A model generated the notes under the pieces. The model ran no database searches. It had not been told where the DNA came from and was given only the letters and a program-made list of their open reading frames with translations. A stretch of DNA of 64,000 nucleotides, taken from assembly GCA_964389675.1 (NCBI GenBank), contig CAYMEV010000001.1, positions 156,539 to 220,538 on the forward strand, read 5' to 3'. Made by a program: the position numbers and the translations under genes. This document shows positions 30,194-40,300 of this stretch, one piece after another; positions within the stretch are counted from its first letter, which is position 1, and each line of letters begins with the position of its first letter. The DNA comes from an uncultured Candidatus Sumerlaeota bacterium (GTDB lineage Bacteria; CAYMEV01).

Positions 30194-31959
30194 GTTTCTG
30201 TCCTTTTAATTATCTGGAGAATATCCTTCTTTACTTCATCCAGGCTCTGATCAGCATTTCCTGCCGGATTATATGCTATGCTGTTAAGAAGTTCAAGCAC
30301 GGCTGTTATCATTTCAACAGCTGTCTCATCAGCCGAATTTTCCCTCAGCTCTCCTATAAGCTCAGTCTTTGTGAGAGAATTAGCGGTAATATCAAACCTT
30401 TTGCTGAGATAATAATTCAGAATCTGAACAAGCTCCTTTGCAGACTCTTTAGGCTTATTGCATGGATCAACCTTCCTAAGCATCCTTCTTGCTCTCTGGG
30501 ATGATCTTCTTATCCTCTGTATCTTAGAATAGGACTGCCTGTCCCTGTAAACGCCTGTTATAACGGACAGAAAAGATAAAACTGCAAGACTATAAAGGAT
30601 AATCTCAGGGAATCTCAAGGAAAATGGCGTACTATCATTATGACTGTATTGCATCAGGTAGAGTATATCGCTCTTTGCATTCCTGACCTCATTATACTTC
30701 TGATTTTCTGTAAATTCGCCTTTTTTTGCAGGCTTAAAATCCAGAGTTATTTCTTCGGCGATATCTGTCTCCACCCTTTTTCTTTCAGGGTCAAAATACT
30801 TCAGTGATACCCCGGGAACAGTCAGTTTACCGCTTTCTCCCGGAATTATTATATATTCCATCTCTGTAATGCTGTCCAGCCTGTTTTCCGTGAACCTTTT
30901 TTCTGAGCTTATCTTCGGCGGATATATCTCAAATCTGTCATCCCTGTTATCTATCATTATGTCGCTTTCCCTGAGCCTTCCTTTACCCTCTGCCCTGACC
31001 TTCATGACAACAGGCTGGCTCTGGTAATAATCCTGCTTTGCCTCCATGGACCTTTCCAATTTGAATTTGCCGACAGGGATAATGCTTTCTGTCGGCAGAG
31101 GTTTTACCATCAGTGTTTTGGCATCAGATTCAAAAGTAATGGGATTTGAAGAGAAAAACGATACCGGAGACACTGTGATCCTTGCCTTAGGCAGTACAAG
31201 TTCTCCGCTTTTAGTAGGATAGAATACAAAATATATCTTATGCAGGCTGTATCGCTGGTTATCCCTGTAGGTATATCCCATATCCTGATAGGCATCCTGG
31301 TCCAGCTCCTCCATCCACACATCTGGTATCTGGAAAGGGTTTAACGATGCCTCTCCCATTAAATCAGGCTTCTTGTAGAATAAGACTGTGAGAACAACCT
31401 GTTCATAGATATAAGGGTTCTCATTGCTTACAGAAAGCTCAACAAAAGCATCCTCTCTGCTTATCTGGTCTCTCCTCCTCAAATTTCTGTCCATATCAAA
31501 AAATGAGTCAAAAGGGTCCGGATTCATGAAGGGGCTGCTTCTTCTCCTTGAACTCTGAGATACTATGCTTCCCTCCTTTACGGTGACTTTAAGAGGCTTT
31601 GTCCTGTAGCTTTTGCTTTTATAAAGGGCTTCCCCTGCTCCTATGGTGAGAATACCTGTCTCTTTGGGTTTTAGCACAAAATTATGTATGGTTCCCCTTG
31701 TTACGCTGTTATTTATTATTGATATGCTGGATGAGCGGGAAGTTGAGATAAGCTCAAACCTGTCGAATGAAGGCGGGTTTACATCAGGATCTGCATCCTG
31801 ATCAGCACTTTCAATCTTTATGCTGTAGATAAAAGTATCATCAATGCCGACAGTATCATGAGAAATGTCTGCACTTACGGAAATATCGCCACAATAGGCA
31901 TCTGCCGATGACAGGATAATTATTAAAATAAAAAGCAGTTTACCAGTCCTTCTTATCAT
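30190..31959 (-). CDS. batD: BatD-like protein
   Basis: Likely start MIRRTGKLLF at 31959 with a signal peptide; Ig-like repeats, PVGKF and YFDP, C-terminal transmembrane helix; operon position. Confidence 0.75.
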   Translation of the reverse strand: MIRRTGKLLFILIIILSSADAYCGDISVSADISHDTVGIDDTFIYSIKIESADQDADPDVNPPSFDRFELISTSRSSSISIINNSVTRGTIHNFVLKPKETGILTIGAGEALYKSKSYRTKPLKVTVKEGSIVSQSSRRRSSPFMNPDPFDSFFDMDRNLRRRDQISREDAFVELSVSNENPYIYEQVVLTVLFYKKPDLMGEASLNPFQIPDVWMEELDQDAYQDMGYTYRDNQRYSLHKIYFVFYPTKSGELVLPKARITVSPVSFFSSNPITFESDAKTLMVKPLPTESIIPVGKFKLERSMEAKQDYYQSQPVVMKVRAEGKGRLRESDIMIDNRDDRFEIYPPKISSEKRFTENRLDSITEMEYIIIPGESGKLTVPGVSLKYFDPERKRVETDIAEEITLDFKPAKKGEFTENQKYNEVRNAKSDILYLMQYSHNDSTPFSLRFPEIILYSLAVLSFLSVITGVYRDRQSYSKIQRIRRSSQRARRMLRKVDPCNKPKESAKELVQILNYYLSKRFDITANSLTKTELIGELRENSADETAVEMITAVLELLNSIAYNPAGNADQSLDEVKKDILQIIKRTET

Positions 31960-32698
31960 CCATATCCCCCTGCGGTATTTCTTTAAGAATTGCAGACCTG
32001 ACCCTTTCCTCCTGGGTCTCTTTATCCTCATCCTCAATCATATTTAGAAGCCTTTCCATTTCCTGTTCTTCTATTTTTTCTGCTGATTCCTCATTTTTCT
32101 GTTCTTCAGCTTTTTCAGGCTGTTTCTGTTTCTGGTCCTGTTCCTTATCTTCCTGTTCTCTATCCTCGCTGTCCTCTTCCCTGCTGTTTTCATCTTTTTT
32201 TTCATCTTCTTTCTGCTCGTTTTTTTCCTCTTCCTGCTTTTGCTGCTGCTCCAGCATTTTAAGGCTGAGCTCAAAGTTATGCCTGGCATCCTCATTGTCA
32301 GGATTGATCTTTAACGATTCAATATAGGATTCTACAGCTTTCTCATACATCTGCTTCTGGAAATAGGCATTTCCTGAATTATAGTATGAATCTGCTTTAA
32401 TACTATCATTTTCCGCCATGGAATTTGCAAGGAGATATTCAGCCAGAGCCTTGTCATATTCGCCCAGCTTATAAAAAACATTCCCAATATTTGTATGGAG
32501 CAGAGGTTTTGATTCTTCATATTTCCTGTTAAGAGCCTTTGTATAACAGGTAAGTGCCCTTTCCATCTCGCCGCTTTCATAGCATTCATTTCCCTCTTTG
32601 TTCAGTTCAGCCTGCCTGTTTCTGTCTGTGAAACCGCAGAAAATTGACCATAAAAGAGCAAGGGCAAAAGCAAATAATATTTTTCTACCTGAAGTCAA
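31940..32698 (-). CDS. batC: BatC-like TPR protein with a Q/E/K-rich tail
   Basis: NIGNVFYK, YYNSGNAYF, SLKINPDNEDARHN and terminal KKDW; probable TTG start at 32698 after GGAGG. Confidence 0.75.
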   Translation of the reverse strand: MTSGRKILFAFALALLWSIFCGFTDRNRQAELNKEGNECYESGEMERALTCYTKALNRKYEESKPLLHTNIGNVFYKLGEYDKALAEYLLANSMAENDSIKADSYYNSGNAYFQKQMYEKAVESYIESLKINPDNEDARHNFELSLKMLEQQQKQEEEKNEQKEDEKKDENSREEDSEDREQEDKEQDQKQKQPEKAEEQKNEESAEKIEEQEMERLLNMIEDEDKETQEERVRSAILKEIPQGDMDDKKDW

Positions 32699-33716
32699 AA
32701 CTTCTTTTCCTCCTTGTCCTGTATGAAAGTATAATATATATTGAAAGGAAAAATAGCGCAATACCTGTAAAAATTGGGCTCTGGTCCTTAAGGTCGCTTG
32801 ATACTATCTCCTCAAAGTCCTTTTTTTCCATTTCCTGCATTTTTTCAAAGACCCTGTCCAGCACATTCTCATAATCATCAATTCTGTAAAAAGCTCCGCC
32901 TGTTTCTTCTGCAATTAATCTCAGAGAATCATCCACAAGGTAAGTCTGGACGATATTCCCCTCTTTATCCCTCTGATAATCTATTATAGCCCCATTTTCA
33001 ACAATAGGGACCGGGACATGGTTCTCACCCGCCACGCCTATTATGAACAATCTTATTCCCTGCTCTTTCAGCTTTTTAATCTCATTTTCCGAATTTCCAA
33101 CAGTCTCCTGCCCATCAGTAAATAACACTATCGCTTTATATTTGGTTTCATCTTTTATAAACAGCGACATTGCTTTTTGGACAGCCTGTTCTATATTGCT
33201 GCCCCCCAAAGGTATAAGGTCCGTGTCCAGCACGTCAAGAAACATTGCGACAGCAGTATAATCAATGGTCAGCGGGGACTGCACATAGGCTGTCCCGCTG
33301 AAAGCAACGAGTCCGACCCTGTTGCCTGACAGCTTTCTGAAAAGGTCATTTACAAGCATCCTTGTCTTTTCCAGCCTTGAGGGCTTAATATCAATAGCGT
33401 TCATACTCTTGGAAACATCGACTGCAATGACTATATCCAGCCCTTTTATCTGGTGGGTCCTCTCGCTTATGCCGTATCTGGGCCCTGAGGCGGATATAAT
33501 AAGCGAAAATAAGGCGATCAGAAGGGAAATTCTCCGCAATAAATAAAAAGGCCTGAGCGGACTTAGTATAATCCGGTCATAATTAATGCTTCCGAACTTT
33601 GAAAGCCTTTTATTATAAATCTTTGAATAGAATATATAGAGTATAAGTATAACCGGAATAAGGGCTAAGAAAACAAGATAAAACGGATCCTGAAAGTATC
33701 TGCTGAAAAAAACCAT
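32685..33716 (-). CDS. batB: BatB-like VWA protein
   Basis: MIDAS DVSKSM, DIKPSRLEK, GLVAFSG, PLTIDY and FTDG. Confidence 0.82.
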   Translation of the reverse strand: MVFFSRYFQDPFYLVFLALIPVILILYIFYSKIYNKRLSKFGSINYDRIILSPLRPFYLLRRISLLIALFSLIISASGPRYGISERTHQIKGLDIVIAVDVSKSMNAIDIKPSRLEKTRMLVNDLFRKLSGNRVGLVAFSGTAYVQSPLTIDYTAVAMFLDVLDTDLIPLGGSNIEQAVQKAMSLFIKDETKYKAIVLFTDGQETVGNSENEIKKLKEQGIRLFIIGVAGENHVPVPIVENGAIIDYQRDKEGNIVQTYLVDDSLRLIAEETGGAFYRIDDYENVLDRVFEKMQEMEKKDFEEIVSSDLKDQSPIFTGIALFFLSIYIILSYRTRRKRSFDFR

Positions 33717-33724
33717 AAACCCTC

Positions 33725-34705
33725 CTATGGTATCCTGCTGAAGTATAAAATCCTGAATACAGCATAAAAAGCCAGGAGGATCATTGCAATAATCCTGAAT
33801 GGCCTGCTTTTATCCATAAAAACAGTATACTTCATAGAATGAACGAGAGTTTTTTCTTCCTCGTCAATTTTTTCAAAAACGCTTTTAAGCATATTCTCAT
33901 CATTTACATAATAGTACCCGGCATTTGTCAGGGAAGCTATCTTTTTCAGAAGCTGTTCATCAATATTGATATCTGTATATATATACTGCCTTCCCAGCAT
34001 AGGATTATCCACAGGAAATTTTACTGACCCTTCGGACCCTACACCTATGGTATATACCTTTATATCAAGCTTTTCTGCCATGTCTGCGCCTGCATCAGGG
34101 GTTATATTGCCCCTGTTGTTCTCTCCGTCTGTAAGGAGAATTATTATTTTGGCCTTTGCCTCGCTTGCCCTTAGCCTGTTTACTGCAGTTGCAACAGCAT
34201 TTCCTATGGCAGTCCCGTCCTCTATCATCTTGAGGCGGACACTGTCCAGATAATCAATAAGGACATTATGGTCCAGTGTCAGCGGGCAGTGAGTAAAGGC
34301 CCTCCCTGCAAATACTACAAGCCCTATTCTGTCCGCAGGCCTCATATTTATAAAATCCTTTACTATATCCTTCGCCTTTTCAAGCCTGTTAGGGTTAAAA
34401 TCCATGGCAGCCATCGATCCTGATGCATCAAGTGCAATGATTATATCCCTTGTTTCTGTATATATCTCACGTTCCTCATAACCCTTCTGAGGGCCTGCAA
34501 GAGCAATGATCAGAAAAATAAGGACTGCAAAAGGCAGATACCTGAATACTGCATAGGCATAATATGAGAATGTTTTAGGCAGGCTGCCGTAAATATGGGA
34601 CACTGTAAAAATAACCCTTTCTCTTGTTATTCTTTTCCAGTAAATAAAAAATATATAAGCTGAAACAAAAAGGATAAGTATTAAAAACTGCGGGTTTTTG
34701 AACAT
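33725..34705 (-). CDS. batA: BatA-like VWA protein
   Basis: DASGSM, PNRLE, DRIGLVVFAG, PLTLDH, GTAIG, LLTDGENN and YTIGVG. Confidence 0.87.
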   Translation of the reverse strand: MFKNPQFLILILFVSAYIFFIYWKRITRERVIFTVSHIYGSLPKTFSYYAYAVFRYLPFAVLIFLIIALAGPQKGYEEREIYTETRDIIIALDASGSMAAMDFNPNRLEKAKDIVKDFINMRPADRIGLVVFAGRAFTHCPLTLDHNVLIDYLDSVRLKMIEDGTAIGNAVATAVNRLRASEAKAKIIILLTDGENNRGNITPDAGADMAEKLDIKVYTIGVGSEGSVKFPVDNPMLGRQYIYTDINIDEQLLKKIASLTNAGYYYVNDENMLKSVFEKIDEEEKTLVHSMKYTVFMDKSRPFRIIAMILLAFYAVFRILYFSRIP

Positions 34706-35674
34706 CTAATCTGCCTCTCCTGTGGAAGAATAGACAATTTTAGCTTTCCTGCCTGAGCTGTCCCTCTCAACAAGGTCATAACCCCTGTCATAGAGCTCTT
34801 TTGCCTTCTGCACTTCAATTCCGATATCACTGAATTTATATAGATCGCATTCAATAAAATATTGCATAATGGATTCATAGAGCTTCTCTTCAATATCTGC
34901 CTGCCTTAAGGAAATGCCCAGTTCGCTCGTTGTCATATCAGTTGCATTGAAAAAGTAAGCACCCTGGATATACTCCTTTATTATTTGTGTAAGCCTGAAT
35001 AAAAACAGTTTAAGGCTGCCTTTCTCCAGGAGTTCGCTTTCGATAAGCTCTGCAAGCTTTCTCCTGGCAATATTTTCCGGAGGGATAACCTCTGCGGGCT
35101 TTTCAGGAATATTCATCCTTCTCTTATAATACAGGTAAAGGATTATGGAAACAGCGGTCAGAAATAAAAAAAACACAATAATATGTGCCATATAGGATTT
35201 TTTAAGAATAAAAGGCCCTTTTATATCCCTGGGGATATTATCATCCCCTGAAAGGTTTGAAATGACATTCATATCTATAGGGTTTGTAAGCAGAAAACTC
35301 TTTTTTTCAGGTTCCCCTTCCCTCCAGTACTCTATCTTCAGGGGCGGTATTATGATATTGCCCTCTTTCTTTGGCATAATAGAGAAGCTTTTGGAGACTC
35401 TTTTAATACTGCCGTCTTTTTCAGCAGTTACTATTTCTTTTTCTTCCCCGGCAATATAATAATCCTCGGATGCAAGCTCATCAGAACCGGAAATACTGTA
35501 AAGGAATTCTTCTTCAATCACCATGCTGAAATTAACTGAGACAATATCCCCTATCCTGATATTATCCTCCCCGCTGATAGAGTAGGAGTATTCAACACTG
35601 CCCTGAAGCGTATTATGGGAAGAGAGGCCATAAAGCAAAAAAAAGAATATGAGCAGTATAAGAAGCCTTTTCAT
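34706..35674 (-). CDS. Membrane-anchored protein of the bat operon (DUF4381-like)
   Basis: Signal peptide, Ig-like domain, RDIKGP, transmembrane helix, MTTSEL and DLYKF; typical position between DUF58 and batA. Confidence 0.6.
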   Translation of the reverse strand: MKRLLILLIFFFLLYGLSSHNTLQGSVEYSYSISGEDNIRIGDIVSVNFSMVIEEEFLYSISGSDELASEDYYIAGEEKEIVTAEKDGSIKRVSKSFSIMPKKEGNIIIPPLKIEYWREGEPEKKSFLLTNPIDMNVISNLSGDDNIPRDIKGPFILKKSYMAHIIVFFLFLTAVSIILYLYYKRRMNIPEKPAEVIPPENIARRKLAELIESELLEKGSLKLFLFRLTQIIKEYIQGAYFFNATDMTTSELGISLRQADIEEKLYESIMQYFIECDLYKFSDIGIEVQKAKELYDRGYDLVERDSSGRKAKIVYSSTGEAD

Positions 35675-36621
35675 AATTTCAGGAGATGCTCCCTTTTTTT
35701 GAAAAATCTTATAAGGCTTGGCGCATAATCGATATCTGTAAATATCTCTATAAAATCAATCCCATTTTGCCTGAAAATGGTCCTTTTTTTCTGTGTCCTT
35801 TCCTCTGCAGACCTCCTGTAGGCATCTCTGACCTTCCGGCTTGATGTGTCTATTACCATGTCCTTCTGGGTCTCCGGATCAAATATATTTATAAAACCTG
35901 CATCTGGAAGCTCATTTTCACGGCGGTCCTTTATTATTACCGGTATTATATCAAACCTTTTTCTTGCTGATATAAATTCCTTATAATTATCAAGGGGTTC
36001 AAAATCTGAGATAATGAATAATACTCCCCTCTTCTTCTGGACACTCAAAATATATCTTAAAAGGCTCCTCAGGTCAGCTACAGATGATTCCGGTTTATAA
36101 CCAATGATCTCCCTTATTATGCGCATGCTCTGGTCCCTGGATTTCTTCTGCGGAATATACTTCCTTATCGAATCATCATAAAGGACAAGCCCTATCTTGT
36201 CATTGTTAATACTTGCCGATACTGAAAGCGTCGCAACTATCTCTGATGCCGCATCTATCTTGAACATCCTTGAAGAAGGCTTTCCTTCCTCCTCTCTGGA
36301 TGGAAAGGAGCCAAAATACATGCTTGGCGAGACATCAACAGCCAGAAGGATGTTCAGCTCCCTTTCCTCGACAAACTGCTTTATAAATGGTTTCCCCATC
36401 CTTGCTGTGACATTCCATTCTATCTGCTTGATACTGTCCCCGAAAACATAATCCCTGACCTCTGAAAACTCTATCCCTCTGCCCTTGAATACGCTTCTGT
36501 AATGCCCTGAAAGCATCTCGCCCGCTTTATGCCTGGTCTTGATCTCAATCCTTCTGACCTTTTTCAGTATCTCTTTGATCCTTTCAATATCAGAAGCATC
36601 ATTAATCAGTTCATTATGCAT
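35671..36621 (-). CDS. DUF58 family protein (MoxR-associated)
   Basis: SVFKGRGIEFSEVRDY, IEWNVTAR, EEREL, DVSPSM and ISDF. Confidence 0.9.
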   Translation of the reverse strand: MHNELINDASDIERIKEILKKVRRIEIKTRHKAGEMLSGHYRSVFKGRGIEFSEVRDYVFGDSIKQIEWNVTARMGKPFIKQFVEERELNILLAVDVSPSMYFGSFPSREEEGKPSSRMFKIDAASEIVATLSVSASINNDKIGLVLYDDSIRKYIPQKKSRDQSMRIIREIIGYKPESSVADLRSLLRYILSVQKKRGVLFIISDFEPLDNYKEFISARKRFDIIPVIIKDRRENELPDAGFINIFDPETQKDMVIDTSSRKVRDAYRRSAEERTQKKRTIFRQNGIDFIEIFTDIDYAPSLIRFFKKREHLLKL

Positions 36622-36624
36622 ATC

Positions 36625-37605
36625 CTACGGAACCTCTATATTATTGAAGATCTCTCTTATCACTGAATCAGTCGTCTTTCCTTCTGCCTCTGCCTCATAG
36701 GACAGTATAATCCTGTGCCTCAGCACATCCAGCCCTATTTCCTTTATATCCTCAGGGGTGACATAGTACCTCCCGTGAAGGAAGGCATTTGCTTTTGCTG
36801 CCCTGGTTATATATATTGTTGCCCTCGGAGATGCTCCGTACTGGATAAGATGGTCCATCTCCATCTGGTACTGAGAAGGCTTCCTGGTTGCTGAGACTAT
36901 ATCGACAATATACCTTTTCAGCTTGTCTTCTATATATATCTCTTTTACGACCTCTCTCAGGCTGAGGATCTCTTTTTCATCCATTACCTTCGACACTGGT
37001 ATTTCATCCGTCTTTTCCATCCTGTTGAGTATCTGGTATTCCTCTTCCCTCGTCGGATAGGTTATATTTATTTTGAGCATGAACCTGTCAACCTGAGCTT
37101 CCGGAAGAGGATATGTCCCTTCATGCTCAATAGGGTTCTGCGTTGCAAGCACAAAGAAAGGCTCTGATACCGTATAGCTGTTATCATAGATTGTTACCTG
37201 CCTTTCCTGCATAACCTCAAGAAGAGCGCTCTGCACCTTGGCCGGAGCCCTGTTGATCTCATCGGCAAGCAGTATATTTGTAAATATGGGGCCTTTTCTC
37301 GGGGAAAATTTATTTTCTTTCTGATTATATATCATTGTACCTATAAGATCAGCTGGAAGAAGGTCAGGAGTAAACTGGACTCTCTTAAAATCCAGGGAAA
37401 GTGCATTAGCCAGCGTTACTATGGTCTTTGTTTTAGCCAGGCCAGGAACACCCTCTATCAATACATGGCCATTTGTCAATATCCCTGTGAGAATACTGGC
37501 TATCATATGCTCCTGCCCTATTATTACCTGTCTTAACTGGTTTTTAAGGCTCTCTATTGATTTGTGCTTTTCTTTTATAACCTCTGCAATTCCAAAATCA
37601 TTCAT
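36625..37605 (-). CDS. moxR: MoxR-family AAA+ ATPase
   Basis: Likely start MNDFG at 37605 (GGAGGGG RBS); EGVPGLAKT, QFTPDLLPAD, DEINRAPAKVQSALLE and ATQNPIEHEGTYPLPEAQ.DRF. Confidence 0.93.
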   Translation of the reverse strand: MNDFGIAEVIKEKHKSIESLKNQLRQVIIGQEHMIASILTGILTNGHVLIEGVPGLAKTKTIVTLANALSLDFKRVQFTPDLLPADLIGTMIYNQKENKFSPRKGPIFTNILLADEINRAPAKVQSALLEVMQERQVTIYDNSYTVSEPFFVLATQNPIEHEGTYPLPEAQVDRFMLKINITYPTREEEYQILNRMEKTDEIPVSKVMDEKEILSLREVVKEIYIEDKLKRYIVDIVSATRKPSQYQMEMDHLIQYGASPRATIYITRAAKANAFLHGRYYVTPEDIKEIGLDVLRHRIILSYEAEAEGKTTDSVIREIFNNIEVP

Positions 37606-37718
37606 TAGTCCCCTCCAATTAATTTGGTATATATAACAATTCTTATCATTTTTGGTTTCATTATACAGTTTTTTTTCTGCTATTGATTTCAGATAATTTT
37701 TTATGTAATATAACTTAT

Positions 37719-38441
37719 ATGTCTGAAAATAATACAAAAAATCACAGGTTAAGGCTCCGTGAAAAATATGATAAAAGCGGGATAAATGCTTTTCTTGACT
37801 ATGAAAAGCTTGAGCTTCTGCTGTCATTCTGTATCCCTTATAAGGACACCAAACCCCTTGCAAAGGAATTAATAAGCAGATTCGGCTCAATATCAGGGGT
37901 ATTTTCAGCCCATAAGCAGGAGCTGACAGGCATAAAGGGCATAAACGAAAGGACAGCCCTTTTCTTGAGGCTTATAAGGGATATTGGCGAAAGCATTAAA
38001 CATTCTGAGCTTCTGGAGAAGGGGTCAATAAGAAATCCCTCTGAGATTGTTGATTATTATAAATTATATTTCACACATAAAAAGGATGAAGAATTTTGTG
38101 TGGTTTATATGAACAATCAGAACAGGATAATCATGCTCGAGACACTCTGCAAAGGGACAATAAACCGTGTTGATGTCTATCCCCGCAGTCTCATAGACAG
38201 GATATTAAGACTCAATGCAAAGAATATAATAATTCTCCATAACCATCCCGGTGGCTCATTAAGCCCGTCTATGGACGATAATTACCTTACGTTCCGCCTT
38301 GCCATCGCTCTCAGGAATATTGAATCCTCTATCCTGGACCACATAATCATCTGCAATGATAATTATTTCAGTTATTCTGAAGAGGGTATAATTGCTGATA
38401 TATACAAAAAAATAGACACAATTGAAAGGGATTTTTTCTGA
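37719..38441 (+). CDS. radC: RadC family (JAB domain) protein
   Basis: HRLRLR, ELLL..IP.KD.K, HhH IKGI, HNHPGG...PS..D and LDHIII; ATG at 37719. Confidence 0.88.
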   Translation: MSENNTKNHRLRLREKYDKSGINAFLDYEKLELLLSFCIPYKDTKPLAKELISRFGSISGVFSAHKQELTGIKGINERTALFLRLIRDIGESIKHSELLEKGSIRNPSEIVDYYKLYFTHKKDEEFCVVYMNNQNRIIMLETLCKGTINRVDVYPRSLIDRILRLNAKNIIILHNHPGGSLSPSMDDNYLTFRLAIALRNIESSILDHIIICNDNYFSYSEEGIIADIYKKIDTIERDFF

Positions 38442-38537
38442 TTTCCTTCTCTCTGGCCCCCTATCCTGCCGTGCTGAATAAATCAGTGAGCATCTGAACG
38501 CTGAATACTATCGAGGGATATTGAAGACTACCGCTGT

Positions 38538-39572
38538 TTATTGAAAAAGGATGTCAATATCTGCAGACTGTATGGAGCTTAAAATATCATTTTCTGATAT
38601 ACCGCCGGAATTATAGCAGATATCCTTTATCCTTGTCTCTGACAGGATTCTTTTCCTGTTTTCAAGGTTATAACCGTTTAAGAACCTCTTAAGGCTGCTT
38701 TCCAGGTCAAGCCTGTCATTTATATTTTTTATATTCAACAGGTATTTCAATATTCTGAAAAATGCCCTGTATTCAACATAGTCTCCTAATGAATGATGCA
38801 TGAGGCCCGCTATATAGTTTTCCCTGATGGATTTATCAATGCAGAGCCCTATGCGTATAACTGGAATATTTCTTTGGTAGAATAAAATTAGGGCCAATTC
38901 CAGAAGCTCGTAGAAAACGGATTTGTCCCACAGCCTGTATTCATTCTTTTTATAGAGGGATTCCAGCTGTGTATTTTTCAGGATGAGTGTCGGGCAGACC
39001 CTGACTCCTGCTATCGGCTTTTCTGAAGCCCACAGGATCGTTCTTCTGCTTTTTTCAGCAGTATCGCAAGGCAGGCCCAGCATAATCTGAAGGACCACTT
39101 TTATTCCCTTCTCATTGATCTTTGCAACTGCCTCTTCAACCGTATCCAGGCTGTAACCCCTGTTGGACTTCTCAAGGACTTCAGGATCGATGGACTCTAT
39201 GCCAAGGCAGATGGTCCTGACATTGTACTCCTTCAGGAAGGACAGTATATCGTCACTAACAGCATCCGGCCGGGTGGATATTCTTATTCCGCTTATTGCC
39301 CCATTCTTAATATACTGCTGGACAGGCTCAAGATACCGGAACATATCGGACCTTGTCAACTGTGTGAATGTGCCCCCGAAAAATGCTGTCTCTACAGCCT
39401 CCTTATGCCTTAATGTTGAAATATAATGATCTATATGCCTTTTTATAGAGCCGGGATCAATACTGGATGAATCAACCATTGATTCCTGATTACAGAATGA
39501 ACATCTGGATTTACAGCCTTTATGAAATGAAAATATAGGTATTACACTGGCCCTGTCTTTGACAAACAGCAT
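38538..39572 (-). CDS. Elp3/YhcC-like radical SAM protein downstream of rnc
   Basis: GCKSRCSFCNQ, AFFGGTFT, IRISTRPD and MLGLP. Confidence 0.8.
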   Translation of the reverse strand: MLFVKDRASVIPIFSFHKGCKSRCSFCNQESMVDSSSIDPGSIKRHIDHYISTLRHKEAVETAFFGGTFTQLTRSDMFRYLEPVQQYIKNGAISGIRISTRPDAVSDDILSFLKEYNVRTICLGIESIDPEVLEKSNRGYSLDTVEEAVAKINEKGIKVVLQIMLGLPCDTAEKSRRTILWASEKPIAGVRVCPTLILKNTQLESLYKKNEYRLWDKSVFYELLELALILFYQRNIPVIRIGLCIDKSIRENYIAGLMHHSLGDYVEYRAFFRILKYLLNIKNINDRLDLESSLKRFLNGYNLENRKRILSETRIKDICYNSGGISENDILSSIQSADIDILFQ

Positions 39573-39574
39573 TA

Positions 39575-40300
39575 TTATTCTTTTAAGAGCAGTATTTCGT
39601 CTAATACTCTCTTTGCAAGCTTCTTTTCCGCCTGTTTTTTCGTTCTGCCTTTCTCAGGCCCGAAAGTCCTGTCCCCTATGGTTATTGAAACATAATACTC
39701 CCTGTTGTGGTCGGGGCCTATTACCTTCTCAACATTATAAAGAGGCGTGATCTTTTCCTTGCTCTGGATAAATTCCTGGAGTGCGGCTTTATAATCAAAA
39801 ACTATATGCCCTGATACCAGTGTCTTTATCTCCTTTTTCAGCTGCCTTCTTATAAAGCTTTTTGCTTTAGTAATTCCTCCGTCAAGGTATAATGCGCCTA
39901 TCAGGGCTTCATAAGCATTTGCAAGCAGGGATTTTTTGCTTCTGCCCCCGCTTGATTCTTCTCCCCGTCCAAGCAGAAGGTACTTCCCCAGTGAGATCTT
40001 TTGGGCTTTATCTGAGAGGAATTCTCCGCTTGTAACAAATGCCTTGATCTTTGACATCTGGCCCTCCGGCAGTTCAGGAACCTCCCTGTAGAGAATATCG
40101 GTGACAATAAAGTTAAGGATGGAATCTCCGAGAAACTCCATCCTCTCATTATCTGTATCAACTGACATTATTTCGTTTTTATACGATTTATGGGTTAGAG
40201 CAGAATTAAGCAGCTTAATATTCTTAAAAAAGAGCTTATTTAATTTCTGGAATTCATTCAGGTTTGAATACCTGAATTTTTCAAGCTCAGTCATCAGCAT
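39575..40300 (-). CDS. rnc: Ribonuclease III
   Basis: ALTHKS, NERMEFLGDSIL, EALIGALYLD and a dsRBD (DYKAALQE..GPDH..KKQAE). Confidence 0.95.
   Translation of the reverse strand: MLMTELEKFRYSNLNEFQKLNKLFFKNIKLLNSALTHKSYKNEIMSVDTDNERMEFLGDSILNFIVTDILYREVPELPEGQMSKIKAFVTSGEFLSDKAQKISLGKYLLLGRGEESSGGRSKKSLLANAYEALIGALYLDGGITKAKSFIRRQLKKEIKTLVSGHIVFDYKAALQEFIQSKEKITPLYNVEKVIGPDHNREYYVSITIGDRTFGPEKGRTKKQAEKKLAKRVLDEILLLKE

Noticed and set aside
32060-32260. Low-complexity T/C-rich tract as a DNA repeat
   Set aside because: It encodes the Q/E/K/D-rich linker typical of BatC.
37606-37890. N-terminal extension of MoxR overlapping radC
   Set aside because: The strong RBS and family similarity begin at 37605; the extension is antisense to radC.
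37719-38441. radC as a marker of a mobile element
   Set aside because: It is the full-length HhH+JAB form among housekeeping genes, with no integrase, transposase or att sites.
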